DNA of 64,000 bases from Eledone cirrhosa (Eukaryota): NCBI GenBank assembly GCA_964016885.1, contig OZ024752.1, forward strand, positions 24,614,001 through 24,678,000, given 5' to 3'. The notes under the pieces are model-generated. The model was not told the origin of the DNA and did not search any database. It saw only the letters and a program-made list of their open reading frames with translations. The position numbers and the translations under genes were made by a program. Each line of letters begins with the position of its first letter. Positions within the stretch are counted from its first letter, which is position 1. This document shows positions 56,539-64,000 of this stretch, piece by piece.

Positions 56539-59500
56539 TCATCATCATTATCATCATCATCGTTTAACGTCCCTGTTCCACGCTTGCATGGGTTTGGACG
56601 GGGGTTTTCCCACTTGAGGCAAGAGTGGTTGTCTTGCTCGCATAGGACTGTCTGGCGGGTTTTCTACAGTTGGATGCCCTTCTTAACACCAACCACATTT
56701 ACAGTGTGGGGCTGGGAGGTTTTTACCGTGTTGCCTACACGGCCACATTACAGCGTGGACTGTCTGGCGTGTTTTCTACAGCTGGATGCCCTTCCAAACA
56801 CCAACCACATTTACAGTGTGGGGCTGGGAGGTTTTTACCGTGTTGCCTACACGGTCACGTTACAGCGTGGACTGTGTGTTTTTTTGTCGTGACACCTACA
56901 CGATCTCGTTTGTTTCGGCCTGGATGTTGTGGCACCAACATAACTTTGCATTGAAGGGGGCGGTGTGGATGGGGTGGGACGGGGGTGTATTTTGTTAGAG
57001 ATGCCTACTGACTAGTAGGTTTAACTTTGTATTTAGGTAAGGCGGGTCTTCTCTGTTACTGAGTACCGCCAAAGGTCTCGGTCCAGTGACATTGTCTTGG
57101 AGAGGTGTAAGTGTGTGAGGTCGGAATTTATCAGCTCGTCCCAGGTTTTCCTGGGTCTGCCTACTCCGTGGCTACCATCTATCCTTATTGCCCTGCACTT
57201 TGTTATACAGCTGTCGTCTTTCATGCGCATCACGTGACCATACCAACGTAGCCTTCTCTCGAGTAAACAACATCTGATCCCTCTTATTTCTAATGTTTTC
57301 CTTAGTTCGTTTATGCTTTGCCGTTCACGTATATTACTATTACACATCCAGCGGAGCATGCAAGCTTCGTTCCTCTCTAGTCTGCGTATATCCTCTGCAC
57401 ACAATGCCCAGGTCTCACTGCCATGCAACATTGCTGTTCGTATGCAGGCATCATACAACCTGCCTTTCATTTTTAGGGAGAACCCTTTAGTGGCTAATAG
57501 TGGTATAAGCTCTCTGAACTTTTTCCATCCAGTTCTGAATCTAGCTACTGTACTTTCAGAGCACCCTCCCCCACTGCTGATTTTGTCACCCAGGTAACGG
57601 AAGCTGTCCACTATTTCTATAGAACCCTCTGCGCAATTGAAAGAGTTAGTATTTTGTGGGCATTTGCTGCTACTTATTTCACCAGAGCACCGGCCACATG
57701 TAAAATCTGTGTTCTTAGTTAGCTTACCTGTGATCCCACTACATCTTTTATGCACCCATACTTTACATTTGGGACATAAAATGGAGTTTCTACCTACGCC
57801 TTTCCTACACACTGAGCATGGCCATTTCCCGCAGGGGACCGGCGCGTTATTTTCTTTCCTACAAACTAGAACTTTAGTCTTAGCCAGGTTAATTTTAAGG
57901 CCTTTTGATTCTAGGCCGTGCTTCCATGTTTGGAATTTCTTCTCTAGCTCGGGCATTGATTCAGCTATGAGCGTTAGATCATCTGCGTATAGGAGTTCCC
58001 ATGGGTAGCCGGTCTTGAACTCCTCTGTTATAGCCTGAAGGGCAAGAATAAATAGAAGGGGGCTAAGAACAGAGCCCTGATGGACACCAACTTTTACGCT
58101 AAACTCTTCACTATATTCGTTGTTAATTCTAATCTTGCTGACTGTTTCTTTATACATGGCTTGTATAGCTCTCACAAGCCATTCGTCAACACCTAGTTTT
58201 CTAAGAGCACACCAGATAATGGAACGGGGGACTCTGTCAAAGGCTTTCTCCAAGTCGACAAAAGCTAAGTATAGGGGTTTACTTTTAGCTAGGTACTTCT
58301 CCTGTAGTTGTCGTACAATGAAAAGAGCGTCTGTGGTACTTTTGCCTGACACAAACCCGAACTACATTTCATCTAGATCAATTCTCTCTCTGATTAGTTG
58401 CGCTATTACTTTTTCCGTGACCTTCATGACCTGGTCGATTAATTTAATACCTCTATAGTTACTCCTATCTAGGGCGTCTCCTTTACCCTTGTAACAGTTA
58501 ACGATGATGCTGCTACGCCAGTCCTTCGGAACAACCCCATTCTGTATGACTTGGTTTACTATCCGGGTGACCATGGTGTGTCCCACCGTACCGGAGGCTT
58601 TCAGCATGTCAGCAACTATTTCCGAAGGCCCAGCCGCCTTACCCGTCTTCATATCTTTGATTGCCTTACTTATTATACTACCTTCGACTAACACTGCTGG
58701 TCCCTCTATTGGATCGATGCGGGGGAGACTGTCTTTCTCCCATTTATTCTCCTCATTTAGTAGCCTTTCGTAGTGACACTTCCAAGCTACCTTCTTATCA
58801 GCGTCAGTGATGGCAAGTACGCCATCATCGTTAAGTACACACTTCTCCCCGACAATATCACGGTTTTCCTTGACACATTGCCTAGCAATCCTGAACACCA
58901 TACGTTTTTGGTCCTCGCGTTGTAGAACATGCTTGAACTTTCTTTCCTCTGCTTCCCTTCTTGCGAAGTACACTTGTCTCCTAGCTTCCCTCCTGGCCAC
59001 TTGATAGTCTTCTCTACTTCCCCCATCCCGCCATGCTTTCCAAGCCTGCTTTTTGGCCTTGATTGACCCCTCCACCTTACTGTTCCACCACCATCTTACT
59101 CTCCTCCTGCCTACAGGCCTGCTCCAGCCACAGACTTCGTCTGCCGCCATCAGCAGGTTTGCTTTCAGGAATTCCCACTGTTCCTCTACCTTGTACGACT
59201 CTAATTGCTCTTCCTTACTGTCGAAAGCATCAAGTAATATGCTTTGAAATTTATTTCTGGCTGTGGGATCCTTTAGCTTCCATATTTTTCTCCTGAGGAT
59301 AGTCCTCTTCTGCTGTCTAGTACGTCTCGTCCTGACTATGAGGTCGCTAATTATCAGTCTATGTTGGGAGGTGCATTCTTCATGGGGGAGGGATTTAGTG
59401 TTTACAACAGACACTCTGTCACGTCTTCTGGTAAGGATATAATCTACCTGTCTGGTATGTTCTCCTGATCTGTAGGTGATCAAGTGATTGTCTCTTTTTT

Positions 59501-59805
59501 TGAAGTTAGTGTTACAGATAGTTAGGTTGTTCGCATCACAGAATTCCAGGATTCTGGAGCCTTCCTCGTTTCTAGTACCAAACCCATAGCCTCCGTGGAT
59601 TCCGTCATAGCCGTCACAATGTTGTCCAACGTGACCATTTAGGTCGCCAGCAATAATTATATAGTCACTGTCGATTATTTGGGAGGTAGTGAGCATCAGT
59701 GTCTCATAGAATCTGTCTTTTATAGCGCCAGGCAGTCCGGATTGGGGCGCGCATGCAGATATTACTGTCACAGTAGTTCTGTTTAGAACAAGTCTTATTT
59801 TAATT
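56539..59805 (-). mobile_element. RTE-clade LINE, 5'-truncated in APE; ORFs 58362-59771 and 57033-58352 separated by one in-frame TAG; (TGA)n tail
   Basis: GDLNGH, VDY, GVHQGSVLSP, YADD and PHD-type finger. The 3' UTR has an ~111-bp tandem duplication at ~56646-56873. Confidence 0.94.
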
Positions 59806-60249
59806 GTATGTATATATATATATTCGCATATATATTATATATTTGTATATATATATATAAGTAAGTGAGTATGTATATATATATATATTGTTATACTTTA
59901 GGAAGGTCATACGCACAAATATATATATATATATATACACATATATATATATATACACATATATATATATCTGTGTATATATGTGAAGTAATTCCGTCGT
60001 TATCTATCTACCTAATCTCTCTTATGGACGATATGTCGATTTTGAGAATGTAAGCAAAACACTTCTTTCCTTTTACCCGTAGTTGACTTAGTAAGCAGTG
60101 TTTTAAACTTTTATTTATGCCAGTCTAGAATTTAAATTCTCCATTTTTCTCTCGGATTTTCAATTAATATTTTACATGTTTTTAATAATATGTCTCATTC
60201 TGTTGGACCCTTCCTAAAAACTAACGTTCTAGTATTATTATTAATTAAT

Positions 60250-63200
60250 TATTCTAGAACCTTCCTGCATCTCCCTCGCTAACTTTGTGAACCTTTTCCT
60301 CCTTCTCTACCCCTCCCCGTCAGATTTACCCATTTCCCGCCCTCCTACCCCCACACACCACCATTGCTATATGGTCCAACCATAACTCAGCGGCTTATAG
60401 TAAGTTCTCTAACAAATCAGTATAGCAAAGCTACCACCTCGGTTACTACTTAAGTTTAGACCTGTTTGATGGGTGGACTGTGGAATTTGGAACGTCTAAG
60501 CTCTCAATGACAATGTTACAGATAAAGATAAATTCACCTCCCGCTGCAGGACGAGAATGCAAAGACCCCTCTTTATTTCAGACACGGATGGCCAACATAA
60601 TTCCGTCTCCCACACCTTCAACCAATCCATCCCACCCTCCCAACGTCAGAGTTGGTACAATGAGGTTGTTGAGATGCTTGAAAGTAAAGAAGTTGATGTT
60701 TGTTGTATTCAAGTGACTAGGTGGAGAGGTGGGTCTGCCAGATTCGTTGTGGGTAAAAAACGATGCTATAAACTTTTCTGGGTGGGAAATGAGAACGGAC
60801 TGGGTGGTGTAGGAATTATGTTAGCTGAAAAATGGGTAGATAAGGTAACTGACGTAAATAGAGTGAATGACAGAATAATTAAAATAAGACTAGTTCTAAA
60901 TAGAACTGCTGTGACAATAATATACGCTTATGCACCCCAATCTGGTCTACCTGACGTTATAAAGGACAGGTTCTATGAGACGCTAATGCACACTACCTCC
61001 CAAATAACCGACAACGACTATTTAATTATTGGTGGCAATCTAAATGGTCACATTGGACAACATAGTGATGGCTATGATGGAATCCATGGACGCTATGGGG
61101 TTGGAAATAGAAATGAGGAGGGCTTCAGAATCCTGGAATTCTGTGACGCTAATAACCTAACTATCTGTAACACAAACTTCAAAAAACGAGAAAACCACTT
61201 GATCACTTATAGATCAGGGGAACACGCCAGCCAGATAGATTATATCTTTACTAGAAGACGTGACAAAGTGTCTGTTGTAAACACTAAATCCCTCCCCCGT
61301 GAAGAATGCAGCTCCCAACATAGCCTAGTAGTTAGTGACCTCATAGTCAGGAATAGACGTACTCAACGACAGAGGAGGCCTACCTTGAGGAGAAGAATAT
61401 GGAAGTTGAAGGACCCCATAGCCAGTGACAAATTTAAAAGCTTATTACTTGATGCCTTTGACAATAAGGAAGAGCAATTAGAGACGTGCGATATAGAGGA
61501 ACAGTGGCAATTTTTGAAAGTGAACCTGCTGAAAGCAATGGATGAAATCTGTGGCTGAAGCAGACCTATAGGCAGGAGGAGAGTAACTTGGTGGAACAGT
61601 AAGGTGGAAGAGACAATCAAGGCCAATAAGCAGGCTTGGAAAGTATGGCAGGATGGGGGAAGGAGAGAGCACTATCATGTGGCCAAGAGAGAAGCTAGGA
61701 GACAAGTATACCTTGCAAAAGGGGAGGCAGAGGATAGAAAGTTCAAGGATGTTCTACAACGTGAGGACCAAAACGTGATGTGTTCATGATTGCTAGACAA
61801 TGTGTCAAGGAAAACCGTGATATTGTCAGGGAGAAGTGTGTCCATAATGATAACGGTGTACTTGCCCTCACTGATACTGATAAGATAGCCTGGAAGTGTC
61901 ACTACGAGAGACTATTAAATGAGGAGAATAAATGGGAAAAAGATAGTCTGCCCCAAATCGATCCAATAGAAGCACCAGCGGTGCAAGTTAAAGGTAGTAT
62001 AATAAGTAAGGCAATCAAAGATATGAAGATAGACAAGGCAGCTGGGCCTTCGGAGATAGTTGCTGAGATTTTGAAGGCATCTGGAATGGTGGGACATACT
62101 ATGGTCACACGTATAGTTAACCAAGTAATACAGAATGGGGTCATACCAGATGACTAGCGTAGCAGCAGCATCACCATTAATTGCTACAAGGGTAAAGGGG
62201 ATGCTCTAGATAGGGGAAACTATAGAGGCATTAAGTTAGTTGACCAGGTCATGAAGGTCACAGAAAGAGTTATAGCGCAACTAATGAGAGAGCGAATTGA
62301 TCTAGATGAAATGCAGTTTGGGTTTGTGTCAGGTAAAAGTACCACAGTCACTCTTTTCCTTGTACGACAACTACAGGAGAAGTACCTAGCTAAAAGTAAA
62401 CCCCTCTACTTAGCTTCTGTAGACCTGGAGAAAGCCTTTGACAGAGTCGCCCACTCCATTATCTGATGGGCTCTTAGAAAACTAGGTGTAGATGAATGGC
62501 TTGTGAGAGTTATACAAGCTATGTATAAAGAAACAGTCAGTAAGGTTAGAATTAACAATGAATATTGTGAAGAATTTAGTGTAAAAGTTCTATTTATTAT
62601 TGCCCTTCAGGCTATAACAGAGGAGTTCAAGACCGGTTGCCCATGGGAACTCTTATACGCAGATGATCTAACTCTCATAGCTGAATCGATGGCTGAACTA
62701 GAGAAAAAATTCCAAACATGGAAGCATGGCCTAGAATCAAAAGGCCTTAAAGTTAACTTGTCTAAGACTAAAGTTCTAGTTTGTAGAAATGAAAATAGGG
62801 CACAGGTGCCCTCAGGGAGATGGCCATGCTCAGTGTGTAGGAAAGGAGTAGGCAGAAATTCCATTTTATGTGCCAAATGCAAATTATGGGTACATAAAAG
62901 ATGTAGTGGGATCACAGGTAAACTATCTAAGAACGTAGACTTTATATGTGGCCGATGCGCAGGTGCAACAAGTAGCAAGTGTCCACAGGATACTAGCTCC
63001 TTCTATTGCCCAGATGGTTCTATAGAAATAGTAGACACTTTCCATTACCTGGGTGACAAAATCAGCAGTGGTTGAGGGTGTTCTGAAAGTACAGTAGCCA
63101 GAGTCAGAACGGGATGGAAAAAGTTCAGAGAGCTTATACCACTGTTGGCCACAAAAGGTTTCTCTCTAAAAATGAAAGGCAGGCTGTATGATGCCTGCAT

Positions 63201-64000
63201 ACGAACAGCAATGCCACATGGCAGTGAGACATAGGCATTACGTGCAGAGTACCTGCGCAGACTGGAAAGGAACGAAGCATGCATGCTCCGCTGGATGTGT
63301 AATAGTAATATACGTGAACGGCAAAGCATAAATGAACTAAGTGAGAAATTAGGAATAAGAGGGATCAGATGTTGTTTACTTGAGAGAAAACTACGTTGGA
63401 ATGGCTACGTGATGCACATGAAAGATGACAGCTGTATAAAAATGTGCAAGGCGATCAAAATAGATGGTAGTTACGGAGTAGGTAGACCCAGAAAAACCTG
63501 GGACGATCTGATAAATTCCGACCTTACACACTTGCACCTCTCTAAGACAATGTCACTGGACCGAGATCTTTGGTGCTCTGCAGTAATACAGAAGACCCGC
63601 TTTGCCTATTTACAAAGTGAAACCTACAGTCAGTAGGCACCTCTTAACCAAATATACACCCCAATCTACTACCCCTACCCTATCCTCCCACTCCCACCAA
63701 CACCACCCTCTCTCTGAAAAATTGGTACCACAACATCCTGTCCACATAAATGAGATAATGAGATCGAGATTGTGTAGGTGTCACAACAAAAAACACACAG
63801 TCCACGCTGTAATGTGGCCATGTAGGTAACACGGTAAAAAGTTCCTAGTTCCACACTGTAAATGTGGTTGGTGTTAGGAAGGGCATCCAGCCGTAGAAAA
63901 CCTGCCAGATAGTCCTATATGAGTGAGACATGGTCACCTGACCAACCTTGCCTCAAGTGGGACAACTCCCGTCTAGCCCATGCTAGCATGAAAGATGGAC
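60250..64000 (+). mobile_element. Decayed near-full-length RTE LINE, same family as 56539-59805
   Basis: Collinear ORF fragments at 60557-63636 with several stops and frameshifts; homologous 3' UTR to the window end. The 5' boundary is approximate. Confidence 0.9.

Noticed and set aside
59806-60250. Possible host exon or promoter between the RTE copies
   Set aside because: Low-complexity AT-rich sequence with no supportable ORF or motif.
61556-63075. In-frame TGA as selenocysteine
   Set aside because: The stops sit at Trp/Gly positions of a decayed RTE, alongside TAG stops and frameshifts, not at Cys positions.

Overview
AT-rich animal genomic DNA with no recognisable host gene. The repeat content suggests a cephalopod or other mollusc, but that is inference. 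About half the window is interrupted (TA)n microsatellite, which produces the spurious IYIY ORFs. Inserted into it are: (i) Penelope-like elements (PLEs) of several families, with RT, C-terminal GIY-YIG endonuclease and tandem or inverted pseudo-LTRs; (ii) three RTE-clade LINEs carrying a C4HC3 PHD-type finger inside the RT; and (iii) three CR1-group LINEs, one with an uninterrupted ORF. Reading both strands for CTGANGA...GAAA...NTH gives about 24 hammerhead-ribozyme (HHR) motifs of about 11 sequence types, several of them degenerate. The main signal is two non-coding, HHR-bearing repeats with retrozyme architecture: a 5-copy ~558-bp array at 27353-30178 and a 1.5-copy 466-bp unit at 38178-38866. 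The array's ribozyme shares unusual features with the HHRs of neighbouring PLEs, which are candidate mobilising partners. All structures were folded by eye and none has been tested.
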